A stretch of DNA of 53,249 nt from a virus (IMGVR_UViG_3300040811_001901:1-53249), one strand, 5' to 3'; positions 8,565 to 18,048 are shown, counted from the stretch's first letter. The notes: a model not told the origin generated them from the sequence alone. Translations and numbers: made by a program.

Positions 8565-10700
8565 TTACGCCGGTACTATAATTATGCCAAAGCCTATTAA
8601 ACGGCTACTACTTGAATGAAAATTATTATTTGTTAAAACATAATCATTGCCGGTGCTGCCGCCTTCCATAAGATAGCACAGGCTGCCACTTATATAAGCC
8701 AATATTGGTTCAACGAGACCTGATCCCCAGCCGCTTGAATATGTTGTAACAATACCACCTCCAACATTAGCACCATCTCCTGAAAAAGGTAATCCACCTA
8801 AAACCATATAAGTTCCACTAATTGATCCAGCATTAGTTAATTGAACATCAAATGTAATATGGACTACATTTCCAATTTTTCTATATCTTCCTCTTTGCGT
8901 AGAATAACTTTGCCCAGAAGCTCCACTATTTCCTGTGATCGTTGGATCCCAAGTCCCTTCCTCGTAATCGTCTAAATGATTAGCTGACCCAGTACCGCCG
9001 AGATATGCGCCGCCTGATAGGTAGAGGTCTTTAAATCTTCTACTATCTTGACCTAAATCAATCGTAGCATCGATGGAAGCGCCGTTTCTAACTGGCAATA
9101 TTTTTGCCGCCGCGCCATGACACAATAAACCAGCACCAGCAGTAGTACCTCCTTGAATATATAAACTATCTCCACCCTCAATACCAATACTACCCAAAGT
9201 GGTACCATCTTTGCGTAGAAGTACAACAGCTCCGTCATCCGTCTTTCGATTGAAAGTTGCCGCAGGGTTAGATGCTACGGTGCTTCTGACACCGCCTGTA
9301 TTAGACAGTTCTACACCGGCATCATTGACACCTGCGCTGGTAGGGTTAGCATTAGTAGTACCAACCAGCAAGTTGCCGCTGGAGTCGATGCGCATACGTT
9401 CGTTAGCGTTAGTATAAAACGCCATTGGGTAGGCACCATCAGAATATATAACTCTTGCGTAAGCACCTGAGCTAAAGCCAGCACCAGTGCTGTTGTCTAT
9501 CATGTGATAAAAATTACCACTAGAGTTTTTGTTGTGTAGACCAGCAAAACCTGTAGTAGCTTCGCTTCTTATCTGAGCCGCTGTTGTGCCATTAATATGT
9601 AACGGTGTAGCAGGACTCGCGGTGCCAATACCAACGCTGCCGCTAGAGTCAATAACCATTCTGCTGCTGACTGTTCCATTGCCTGTATAAAATTTAAACC
9701 CACCACCATTTATTCCTTCAAGCAAACCGTATTGAGTCGTTGTAGAGCCAAACGATATTGAAGGTGCGCCGGTAGATTTTCCTAAAATTAACTGTGATCC
9801 TGCTGCAGAATATACTTGTAACGGGCCGCCGCCGCCTTGAGTCATTCCAGTAGTGCCAATACCAACGTTGCCGCCGTAGGTCATGTTTAAAATATTACTA
9901 TTAACAGCGGAAGCAAAAGTATGAGCTATCTTGGTTGTATCGCTTGTTACGCCCGAGTAATAAGTAATTCCATATGAATCACTAGACTTGCCTATGGTAT
10001 ATGCAGAGATAGCGCTGTTATAAGAGAAAGCTAACTTACCATCAACCACTAATTTTTGGTCTGGACTCGTAGTGCCAATCCCAACGTTGCCATTAGTATG
10101 AATTCTCATTCTTTCGGTATAAGAACCTCCGCCCATAAATTTAACTGGACCGGCACCACTCCACCCATACTCGGCTTCATTAGAAGAGTTAATTCGAACT
10201 AGCGTTCTAGCATTAGCACTAGTATCATAAGATCTAAGGTCATAATTATTATCTACAAAAACATGCCCAGCAGATACATTTAAACCTTTATTAAAATTCC
10301 AATCGTCATTCGTACCATTGTAAGTCAGCGTAGCACTTGCACCATCAACTGTAATACCAGCACCATTTGCAGCGGCTGCGTTTGCCGCGCCACTTGCAAG
10401 AGTAATATTCAAATCATCAACTGTCATTGTAGTCGAGTTGATAGTCGTAGTAGTACCATCGACTTGTAAATTACCCGCAACTACTAAAGTTCCAGTATTA
10501 TCGCCTACGGCCGCAGGGTCGATAGTAAATGTAGAAGGCCCAGCAATATAGCCAGTAGTAGTAATATTTCCAGAAGTTAGCGTGGTTACTGTAGCAGCGG
10601 ACGCAGTTGTTGCCCCAATAGTAACACCATCAATGGCTCCTCCATCAATGTCTACTTCTGGGTCTACAATCTGTGTTGGAAATTTTCCTAAAAATGGCAT
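8565..10700 (-). CDS. tail fibre with GNVGIG repeats and LDDYEEGTW-type C-terminal tip domain
   Basis: GNLQVDGTTTTINST shaft, ERMRI..GNVGIGT repeats, RFKDLYLSG, LDDYEEGTW. Confidence 0.8.
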   Translation of the reverse strand: MPFLGKFPTQIVDPEVDIDGGAIDGVTIGATTASAATVTTLTSGNITTTGYIAGPSTFTIDPAAVGDNTGTLVVAGNLQVDGTTTTINSTTMTVDDLNITLASGAANAAAANGAGITVDGASATLTYNGTNDDWNFNKGLNVSAGHVFVDNNYDLRSYDTSANARTLVRINSSNEAEYGWSGAGPVKFMGGGSYTERMRIHTNGNVGIGTTSPDQKLVVDGKLAFSYNSAISAYTIGKSSDSYGITYYSGVTSDTTKIAHTFASAVNSNILNMTYGGNVGIGTTGMTQGGGGPLQVYSAAGSQLILGKSTGAPSISFGSTTTQYGLLEGINGGGFKFYTGNGTVSSRMVIDSSGSVGIGTASPATPLHINGTTAAQIRSEATTGFAGLHNKNSSGNFYHMIDNSTGAGFSSGAYARVIYSDGAYPMAFYTNANERMRIDSSGNLLVGTTNANPTSAGVNDAGVELSNTGGVRSTVASNPAATFNRKTDDGAVVLLRKDGTTLGSIGIEGGDSLYIQGGTTAGAGLLCHGAAAKILPVRNGASIDATIDLGQDSRRFKDLYLSGGAYLGGTGSANHLDDYEEGTWDPTITGNSGASGQSYSTQRGRYRKIGNVVHITFDVQLTNAGSISGTYMVLGGLPFSGDGANVGGGIVTTYSSGWGSGLVEPILAYISGSLCYLMEGGSTGNDYVLTNNNFHSSSSRLIGFGIIIVPA

Positions 10701-13700
10701 TTTATGCTCCTTTCAATGCTGCTACTTCGGCTTTGAGTTCTTGAATCATTGCTTGTTGTTCTTGGATGGCTCCGGTCAAAACTGCCACAAACTTCATGTA
10801 GTCAACGCCATACATCGGATCGTCCAAATCATCATCAATAGGGTTTACACGATTAGCAAACTCAGGTGTTTCCATCAATTCCTGAGCAATAAAACCGCTG
10901 TCCTCTGCCCCATTAGATTTCCATGAATACTTGCGAGGCTTTAGCTTCATTACATCAACAAGCGCGTTGTCATAATCTCTGATGTTTTCTTTTAGGCGAG
11001 CGTCTGAGGATGGGTTATAGGAAGTAGTTGAAGTTGTAGCGCGAATGCTACCTACTGCTACGCCATCAAAGCGCTCAAAACTAATCAAGGTTCCTGTATT
11101 TCCGCCAGTAATATAATCGTTGTGAATTAACACAGGAGTAAAGTTGGTTCCAGAGCTATTTTGAAGAACATAAACCCCAGTACCACTGCCGCCGTTACTT
11201 GCAGTAATTTTTCCTGAAGCTGAAGTAGTACCAACCAGCAAGTTGCCGCTGGCATCAAGTCGCATCCTTTCTGTTAGCTCATCAGTAGTCGTAATAGCTG
11301 TGCCGTGGGTATAGAACCTGATCTGCGTACCCCAATCGCCTCCGTTCTGACGAGCAAAGCCGATACCAGCGGAAAGAGTATCTTCCGCGCCAGCTAATAT
11401 CGCCATTTCTGAGTTTGTTCCTGATAGGCCACTAGTAGACGTTAATCTTATAGCGCCCCCATCAAAAGCAGAGCCAGAAGTTTTTGAGTTAGTGTTTGGA
11501 GTTAACTTAACAGTAAGAGGATTGAAAAGCGTCGTCGTACCAATACCAACGCGGCTGCTGTCATCGATTTTTACCGCAACATTCGGGCCATTTAGAAATG
11601 AGTAAATGTGTTTATTTGCGGCAGTAGTTTGAATCTGAAATCCGTTAGAAACCCCAGAAATACCACTAAAAAGAGATGAACTTGCCACTCCAGATGCAGA
11701 TACCTGCGTTATATTTCCGTCTTGATCTATTGAGCAGGAACCGGCTTGACCGAAGTAAGTTCCTCCAACTATCACGTTGCCCAACGTGTCGAGACGCATA
11801 CGTTCGGTTAGCGTGGAAGTGCCGCTTTGTCTTGTGTAAAGTTTGAGTGCTGGATCGCCCGTTCCTTCAATAGCGGCGTTAACATTTCCTGAGCCAATAG
11901 TTCCGTCATACCATTGAATTTTTTGTCCTCTATCTACGCTAACGTTGCCGCTGGAGTCTATGCGCATGGCCTCAGTGCTATTAACAGTAAACCTCATGTG
12001 ATTATCACTATGGAAATACTGCAACATGCCAATATTGCTACTGTCTGCGTCGGCAAAGTTAATCTGAGAGTTCCCTGCTGTATTTGTGCTCGTAAGAATT
12101 AACTGAGCTAAGTCACCGCCAGAGGTAAGTCCAATTTGTGCATTACCTGATCCTGTTCGTGCATCAATCAAATAAGCAGGACTCGCAGTGCCAATACCAA
12201 CATTCTCTGACGCATCAATCGTAATCGCAGTAGATGTAGCGTTGTCATCAATACCCGTCGAAGCAAAACTCGAAATACTGCCACCATTTATAACATCACC
12301 CGAGATTTGATCATTTGCAAAAGTTAAAGTTTTACTTGACAAGTCGAGAGCAGCTTTGAGTTGTGCGTCTCCAACTGTATTGTCCGAAGGAGTACCAATA
12401 TCTACTGCGTCTCCAATTACAAGTATATAATCAATTACATCACTTGCTGTAAGTGCTGAAGCAAATACAATATTCGAACCGGATACAGTGTATGCGCTTT
12501 CAGGGGCCTGGGTTACGCCATTTAGAGATACAATTAAATTTCTTGCACTTTCAGGAATATATGCCGAGCCGCTTACTGTCAGAGCATAGGTATCCGTAGC
12601 TGACGTAGTAATTGAATCTATCAGCTGAAATGCTCCGACTTGTGGGGATTTTCCTATGAATGGCATTGTTTATGCTCCTTTTAGTGTTGCTACTTCGGCT
12701 TCAAGTGTTTCAATTCGTGTTACTGCTTCTTGTAGAGCCGCAGTCAGCAGAGGTACCAGCTTAGACTGGTCTATGCCTTGATACTCTGGGTTGCCTTCAT
12801 CGTCTACTGCATCCTTAGCGCCTGTAATAGCTTCTGGCACAACGTCTTGAACTTCGTGTGCAATAAAGCCGTCTACGGTCTTATCTGGATCAGCAATGAA
12901 GTTAAAGCGGTGTACAGGGATTTGCTTGAGACGATCAATGCCGTTATCAAGGTTAACTACGTTTTCTTTGAGGCGGTAGTCTGATAAACTCTGGTATGCG
13001 GTAGTAGAGCCATTTGTTACTATTTGCCCAACCTTGCCGTTTGGATTATAAAAAGCAGCTACGGCATCTGCTCCAGATAATGTAGTGGCAGCTTTGAGGA
13101 TGCCTCTGTTGTTGTCTTTGTATAGCACTATTCCGTTTGATGGAGTTCCTGAATTTGTTGTACCAACCAGCACGTTGCCGCTGGAGTCTATGCGCATACG
13201 TTCTGTGGCGCTAGTACCAAAGCTCATAAAGCTGGCTTCTCTGTTCCAAATATACGCCGCGCTGGCAAAAGTAATTAACTCTAAACCATCACTAGCTGTT
13301 GACCCTGTTACGCTGTCTGTAATGTGTACTGAAGACCCGCCACCAGCCGCACTATGAACCTGTAGTTTTCTTCCGTATCCAGCAACGGGGGCAACACCAA
13401 TACCAACATTGCCGCTGGCGTCGATACGCATACGTTCTGGAGTTGTTGGTCCTGTATAAAACCGCGTAAAACCATGCGACAAAATATTTAAAGCATCGGG
13501 AGCGTTGTGCTGAAAACCTATGTATCCACGATATGCCTCGTTGCCTGAAGTACCATCCGCAAACATTAGATAGTTTGCATCGGAAGTAGCACTAGCCGCT
13601 ATGGTAATACCGCCTTGGTCGGGGGCGGCAACCACCAAGTTATCAGCGTAGTAAGAGCTTGGACTCGTAGTGCCAATCCCAACTTTGCCGCTGGCGTCGA

Positions 13701-14229
13701 TACGCATTCCTTCTGTAAAGCCAGATTTAAAAAAGCGTAATGCGTTGTCAGCGTTGTTGAATAAAACACCGCCTACTAAATCTGCATCTGAATCACCAAA
13801 TGTTATGCCAGCGTTTCCTGTATTACCGCTTACAACTGAAATATAAGTGCTTGTGTTGGTTGCGGTAATATCTTCTACTTGAAGTTTTGAAACAGAGTTA
13901 GGACTCGCAGTGCCAATACCAACGTTGCCGCTGGAGTCGATACGCATACGCTCTGTAGAGGCTGTATTAAACGTAAAGGCTCTACGGTTCGCTGTTGTTG
14001 CGTGTGATTCATGGTAAAACTTTAAGTGAAAATCCTTTTGTCCATTAGTGCCAGGATTACCAAAATAAATTCCACTTTCGCCGGTTGAAGCAGTTAATAA
14101 ACTAAGACCAACATTGCCGCTGTTTTCTAAAACAAGTTCATCAGCATCGGCATCCGCACTAACACTGCCTGCACTTGCAGAAAACACATTTAGTTTTCCG
14201 TCTGGACTCGCAGTGCCAACACCAACATT
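9354..14229 (-). repeat. dispersed in-frame ~50-bp repeat family (ERMRIDSSGNVGIGTxSP), about 14 full or partial copies here and 2 more at 47204-47502
   Basis: Reference copy 13901-13953; exact 29-nt match 9354-9382 = 11224-11252; exact 24-nt match 10062-10085 = 13660-13683. Confidence 0.85.
10702..12666 (-). CDS. tail fibre with GNVGIG repeats and peptidase S74 chaperone
   Basis: VSLNGVTQ.P domain, TGIDDNATS, ERMR repeats, SDARLKENI...GFIAQEL, coiled coil. Confidence 0.85.
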   Translation of the reverse strand: MPFIGKSPQVGAFQLIDSITTSATDTYALTVSGSAYIPESARNLIVSLNGVTQAPESAYTVSGSNIVFASALTASDVIDYILVIGDAVDIGTPSDNTVGDAQLKAALDLSSKTLTFANDQISGDVINGGSISSFASTGIDDNATSTAITIDASENVGIGTASPAYLIDARTGSGNAQIGLTSGGDLAQLILTSTNTAGNSQINFADADSSNIGMLQYFHSDNHMRFTVNSTEAMRIDSSGNVSVDRGQKIQWYDGTIGSGNVNAAIEGTGDPALKLYTRQSGTSTLTERMRLDTLGNVIVGGTYFGQAGSCSIDQDGNITQVSASGVASSSLFSGISGVSNGFQIQTTAANKHIYSFLNGPNVAVKIDDSSRVGIGTTTLFNPLTVKLTPNTNSKTSGSAFDGGAIRLTSTSGLSGTNSEMAILAGAEDTLSAGIGFARQNGGDWGTQIRFYTHGTAITTTDELTERMRLDASGNLLVGTTSASGKITASNGGSGTGVYVLQNSSGTNFTPVLIHNDYITGGNTGTLISFERFDGVAVGSIRATTSTTSYNPSSDARLKENIRDYDNALVDVMKLKPRKYSWKSNGAEDSGFIAQELMETPEFANRVNPIDDDLDDPMYGVDYMKFVAVLTGAIQEQQAMIQELKAEVAALKGA

Positions 14230-14373
14230 CTCACTAGCATCAATCGTAATCGCCGTTGAAGTTGCATTATCATCAATACCCGTCGAAGAAAAATTAGTAA
14301 GCGGATAGGAAAGATCCGCGGTTTCGACTGTACCCGCTGGAATTGCTAGACTGTTGAGGCGTGTGATTGCCAT
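12670..14373 (-). CDS. tail fibre with GNVGIG repeats and peptidase S74 chaperone
   Basis: Five repeat units; SDYRLKENV...GFIAHEVQ...IDQSKLVPLL. Confidence 0.85.
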   Translation of the reverse strand: MAITRLNSLAIPAGTVETADLSYPLTNFSSTGIDDNATSTAITIDASENVGVGTASPDGKLNVFSASAGSVSADADADELVLENSGNVGLSLLTASTGESGIYFGNPGTNGQKDFHLKFYHESHATTANRRAFTFNTASTERMRIDSSGNVGIGTASPNSVSKLQVEDITATNTSTYISVVSGNTGNAGITFGDSDADLVGGVLFNNADNALRFFKSGFTEGMRIDASGKVGIGTTSPSSYYADNLVVAAPDQGGITIAASATSDANYLMFADGTSGNEAYRGYIGFQHNAPDALNILSHGFTRFYTGPTTPERMRIDASGNVGIGVAPVAGYGRKLQVHSAAGGGSSVHITDSVTGSTASDGLELITFASAAYIWNREASFMSFGTSATERMRIDSSGNVLVGTTNSGTPSNGIVLYKDNNRGILKAATTLSGADAVAAFYNPNGKVGQIVTNGSTTAYQSLSDYRLKENVVNLDNGIDRLKQIPVHRFNFIADPDKTVDGFIAHEVQDVVPEAITGAKDAVDDEGNPEYQGIDQSKLVPLLTAALQEAVTRIETLEAEVATLKGA

Positions 14374-14705
14374 TAGGTAATCTCCATTACTCCGAGAACA
14401 ACGTCAATAGCACTTGCAGTTCCTGCCTGTACCTTGAGTGCATCTGATGCTTCTAATATGTATTTTTGCCCTGCGAGCGTTTCCAAGGTAGTATTTCCTG
14501 GAATTGAAACATTTTCTAGTAATTGATGAGTAGTGCTCGCAGAATTATCTGAATATTGCACCTGTACTGTAACTGCCTGAGTGTTTTTGTTGGCAATTGC
14601 CAAACCCAATACTACAGAAGTTGTAGCCGAGGGAGCAGTATAAAGCGTATCATACGCTGAATTACTTACATCTGCCAAGGCTGCGTTTTTAAATGTATTT
14701 GCCAT
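14373..14705 (-). CDS. small beta-rich virion protein (fibre connector-like)
   Basis: MANTFKN...LYTAP...ILEASDALKV pattern; translationally coupled to the fibre gene. Confidence 0.65.
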   Translation of the reverse strand: MANTFKNAALADVSNSAYDTLYTAPSATTSVVLGLAIANKNTQAVTVQVQYSDNSASTTHQLLENVSIPGNTTLETLAGQKYILEASDALKVQAGTASAIDVVLGVMEIT

Positions 14706-14709
14706 AATT

Positions 14710-16296
14710 TTATCCTAAAGCGATTGCCAAAGCTGTTGCATCGTCTACTGAAGCATAACTACCAAAGTCACTAATCTGTGACTCAGTAATACTTAAAGCT
14801 GCTTGGTGCTGGGTTACGCTTGATTGCGTGATATTTGTGTCCGGTACGTTCGCCCAAGTTACAGACGCAGACAGATCATTAGTTTCTGCCGTCAAGTAAG
14901 ACTGCAAATCACTAATTTGAGATTCAGTGATCGACAGGGCCGCTTGATGCTGGGTTACGTTGCTTTCTGCTATTCGCGCATCAGCAAAGGTGCCTGACTG
15001 TATATCTGCTGCTGTTAGCGCCCTAGCCGCCGCCTGATTGCTGGCATTACCGATAAAGACGTCGCCATCATCAAGATTTGGAACAGCATTTGTTCGTCCT
15101 GCACCCCCTACCTTAATAACACCATTACTACTAGCACTTCTTATAATTTTACCAATATTTTGAAGTAAGTTGTTTTCTCCGGTTGGAGGCGTTGATGTAA
15201 AACCTCCGGCGGTAGTAGCACTTACATATAAAGTGTCTCCTACAGTGAAAGCACTTGTATCTAATGCAGCACCTCCACTACCATATAGATTGCCAAAAGT
15301 TACAACTTGACCCGAGGCGCCATTTGCAACATCGGATAGCATGAGTCCAAAAGCAGGCATTGTAGAAGCACTGTTTGCTTGAGCTTTTGATACTATAGTG
15401 TTGTCTCCGGCAGCGCCACTAATATAAACAACGTCGCCTTTGCTTAAAGCTTCCCCCGCTTGAACTGTAAATCGGATTCCTCCGTCTAAATCTCCTTTTA
15501 TTTCATAAGAAGATTCTGGAAATCCAGACATTGTAATATCGCCTGAAAATGTGGATTCCCCGCCAACGGTTAAGTTTCCGCCAACTGCTAAATCTCCGCT
15601 ATACTCACCAATTGTAACGGCTCGACCCATATCTACGATATAGTCGACCACGTCGCCTGTTACAAGTGCGGGACTGAATGTAATTGTAGAGCCAGAAATT
15701 GTAAAAGAGTCGCCAGGCTCCTGGGTTATGCCGTTGAGAGATACTATAAGAGCATTTTGAGAAGAAGGAGTATACGCAGACGAATTTAAAGTAAGACTAT
15801 ATGCAGCCTGAGCATTTACAGTAGTAATTGCATCAAGTTTTGTAGGATCTTGTAAGCTGCCGCTAGTTGTTACATTTGTAAATGCAGCTATTCGTACTTC
15901 ATCATTTGCGGTAAGTGAGTTTGTAAATACTACCGAAGTGCCGTTTGTTGCAGTATAGTCAACTCCGTCATCTTGAAATACTCCATTGAGAAATACAAGT
16001 ATAGAGCCCGCGGTGTAAGAAAGAGTAGCAGAATTATTGTCAGAGCCAGAAAAAGTAGTTTGATTGGAAGTTGCAGTATATTCATACTCAATCATTCCAG
16101 CTTCTAGATAAGAAACTGTATTTCCACCTACACCACCACCACCAATTTCTACAATAGACTCAATACCGTTAACAGCCTTTTTGATGTACATTTTACCATC
16201 ATAGGTGTTAATTGCAACTTCGCCAAGTGCTAAATTGGATGTAGTAGGTGTAGCGCCCGAAGTAGCCGAGCGCTTTAGTTTAATCGTCTGTGCCAT
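14710..16296 (-). CDS. fibre/structural protein (IKLKRS...GEVAIN N-terminus; ends ATALAIALG)
   Basis: Two VFLNG/VSLNG domains, GEALSKGDVVYI domain, duplicated VTQHQAALSITESQISD. Confidence 0.7.
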   Translation of the reverse strand: MAQTIKLKRSATSGATPTTSNLALGEVAINTYDGKMYIKKAVNGIESIVEIGGGGVGGNTVSYLEAGMIEYEYTATSNQTTFSGSDNNSATLSYTAGSILVFLNGVFQDDGVDYTATNGTSVVFTNSLTANDEVRIAAFTNVTTSGSLQDPTKLDAITTVNAQAAYSLTLNSSAYTPSSQNALIVSLNGITQEPGDSFTISGSTITFSPALVTGDVVDYIVDMGRAVTIGEYSGDLAVGGNLTVGGESTFSGDITMSGFPESSYEIKGDLDGGIRFTVQAGEALSKGDVVYISGAAGDNTIVSKAQANSASTMPAFGLMLSDVANGASGQVVTFGNLYGSGGAALDTSAFTVGDTLYVSATTAGGFTSTPPTGENNLLQNIGKIIRSASSNGVIKVGGAGRTNAVPNLDDGDVFIGNASNQAAARALTAADIQSGTFADARIAESNVTQHQAALSITESQISDLQSYLTAETNDLSASVTWANVPDTNITQSSVTQHQAALSITESQISDFGSYASVDDATALAIALG

Positions 16297-16315
16297 TTGG
16301 CTTCCTCTTTAAACT

Positions 16316-16327
16316 GCGTATATACGC
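16316..16327. promoter_or_regulatory. perfect 12-bp palindrome GCGTATATACGC, possible operator or hairpin
   Basis: Intergenic; lies between a minus-strand TATAAT (16333-16338) and the RBS of the 16296 gene. Confidence 0.4.
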
Positions 16328-16342
16328 GAAGGATTATATTGT

Positions 16343-17680
16343 TTAGAATGTTCCGCCGTCGAGTACCGTAATCTGAGTCTGGAAGTTGACAGTTGTCAAC
16401 AAGTTAGCAGTAGTCAAAGTATTGCTATTATTGGGATCGGGCTCAAATACTTGCCAAATGTCAGAAGTCTCATTCCAACGCAAGTAAACATTTGTTGCTG
16501 TGCCTCGCTCAATTTCAATACCTGCATTCTGAGAAGGAGTACCAGTTTCATCACGATTGAGAAGAATAATATTATCTCCAATCTCAACAGTGTTTGAATT
16601 TACTGTAGTAGTTGTACCATTTACAGTAAGGTCGCCCGCAATTGTAACTGCACCATCATCTGCAATAGTCATCACAGAAGAGAAAGAGTTTACACCAGTT
16701 CCGCTCGTTGTGCCATCAGCAGTTTGGAAAATAATTGAACCACCTGCCCCAGAACCTGTACCTGCACCGGCTTGGAAGGTAAGATCTGTACCTGCTACGT
16801 CTGTACCAGAGCCATCAATACCGTGTAGAGTATTCAACCCGTCAAGACTTGCAGCAGTTGTACCTAGGTCAATTTCTGTAGAGCCAACTGTTACAGAATC
16901 ATTTACGAGCATTGCATTTGTAACGCCTAGAGCTTTAATTCTTAGAGTATCAGCATTAGTTTCAATTGAAGAGTTATCTACATTTACTGCAAGAACGCCG
17001 CTAGTTGCTCCAAGACCGTCTCCAGCGATTGCAGTAATTAAATCTGCTACAGCTTCTTTTTTATTGTTATTACTGTCATCCGAATCGATAAATACAAAAC
17101 TATCATTCGCTACATCAATTGCAGTATCAGTAACTTCATTAAGAGATAGTGTAAAAGTTACATCATCACCTACGTTACTAGTTACTATTCCTTCTCCACC
17201 AAGAAGTTTTAGTTTATCTAAAGTGAGGTCTACTCCATTATCTACAGCATCATCGCTCTGAATTGTAAGAGTTGTAGAAATTGCTACTGAGCCCGCTGCG
17301 GTTAATCGACCTTGTTGGTCAACTGTAAAAGTAGGAATAGCAGTAGTAGAGCCATACGAGCCAGGAGTTACAGCAGTATCGTCAAGATCTATATTAAGAG
17401 TAGCTGTTGTTCCGGCTTTAGCAATAGTGGTAGTAATACCAGTATCACCAACAATATCAAGAAGATCCTGAATATTAATAGTTACATCAGTGCCTGAGTC
17501 TCCTCCAACTGTAAGAGGCGCGGTAGATGCAATTACAATATTGCCAGTAGTTCCGTCGGGATGCCCGATAAAAAGTTTATCTGAATTACTTGAATATGCA
17601 AGTTCACCTGCCGCAAGGCTTGAAGACGGAGCGGCTGTGGTGGAACTGCGCTTAATTTGAATAGTTTGAGTAGTGGCCAT
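16343..17680 (-). CDS. fibre/structural protein (IQIKRS...AGELAY N-terminus; ends LDGGTF)
   Basis: VTPGSYGS...FTVDQQGRLTAA, GDLTVNGTTTTVNS, AGIEIERG motifs typical of phage fibre shafts. Confidence 0.7.
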   Translation of the reverse strand: MATTQTIQIKRSSTTAAPSSSLAAGELAYSSNSDKLFIGHPDGTTGNIVIASTAPLTVGGDSGTDVTINIQDLLDIVGDTGITTTIAKAGTTATLNIDLDDTAVTPGSYGSTTAIPTFTVDQQGRLTAAGSVAISTTLTIQSDDAVDNGVDLTLDKLKLLGGEGIVTSNVGDDVTFTLSLNEVTDTAIDVANDSFVFIDSDDSNNNKKEAVADLITAIAGDGLGATSGVLAVNVDNSSIETNADTLRIKALGVTNAMLVNDSVTVGSTEIDLGTTAASLDGLNTLHGIDGSGTDVAGTDLTFQAGAGTGSGAGGSIIFQTADGTTSGTGVNSFSSVMTIADDGAVTIAGDLTVNGTTTTVNSNTVEIGDNIILLNRDETGTPSQNAGIEIERGTATNVYLRWNETSDIWQVFEPDPNNSNTLTTANLLTTVNFQTQITVLDGGTF

Positions 17681-17700
17681 TTAAATGGTCTCCAGCAGCC

Positions 17701-18048
17701 TTAAAAGGCCCCTCCGTCTAATCGACTATCTACTTGGGTTGCAAGTAGGGGGTACCAATCTAAAGTACCATTGATTGTCCGGTAAACGTAAAAAATATCA
17801 TTTAAAGTATCGTACCAAGTATCGCCCTCTTCTACATTTGTAGTTGGGGTAATACTACCACGAAAACTTTGGTCTGCAAGCTGTTCCAAAGCTGTTTGCA
17901 AATTTGTTGATGTAATAGTATTGTAAGGCGTTACAGCTATTTGATCCGCACTTACATCAGGAAGAATTAGGGCAGCTTCTACTACCGTAACTTCCTGAGA
18001 TACTTCTACTTCCGTGATATACGGAGCAACTGTTATTGTAGTAGACAT
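17701..18048 (-). CDS. small structural protein (ends LDGGAF)
   Basis: NLQTALEQL and EGDTWYDT motifs; coupled to neighbours. Confidence 0.6.
   Translation of the reverse strand: MSTTITVAPYITEVEVSQEVTVVEAALILPDVSADQIAVTPYNTITSTNLQTALEQLADQSFRGSITPTTNVEEGDTWYDTLNDIFYVYRTINGTLDWYPLLATQVDSRLDGGAF

Noticed and set aside
9354-14229. CRISPR array reading of the repeat-spacer pattern
   Set aside because: Repeats are degenerate and in frame within ORFs, spacers are over 100 nt, and there are no cas genes
16557-17261. 234-aa plus-strand ORF and similar antisense ORFs (5182, 30316, 44771, 47756 and others)
   Set aside because: Shadows of Thr/Gly/Ala-rich minus-strand genes; no RBS or recognisable motifs
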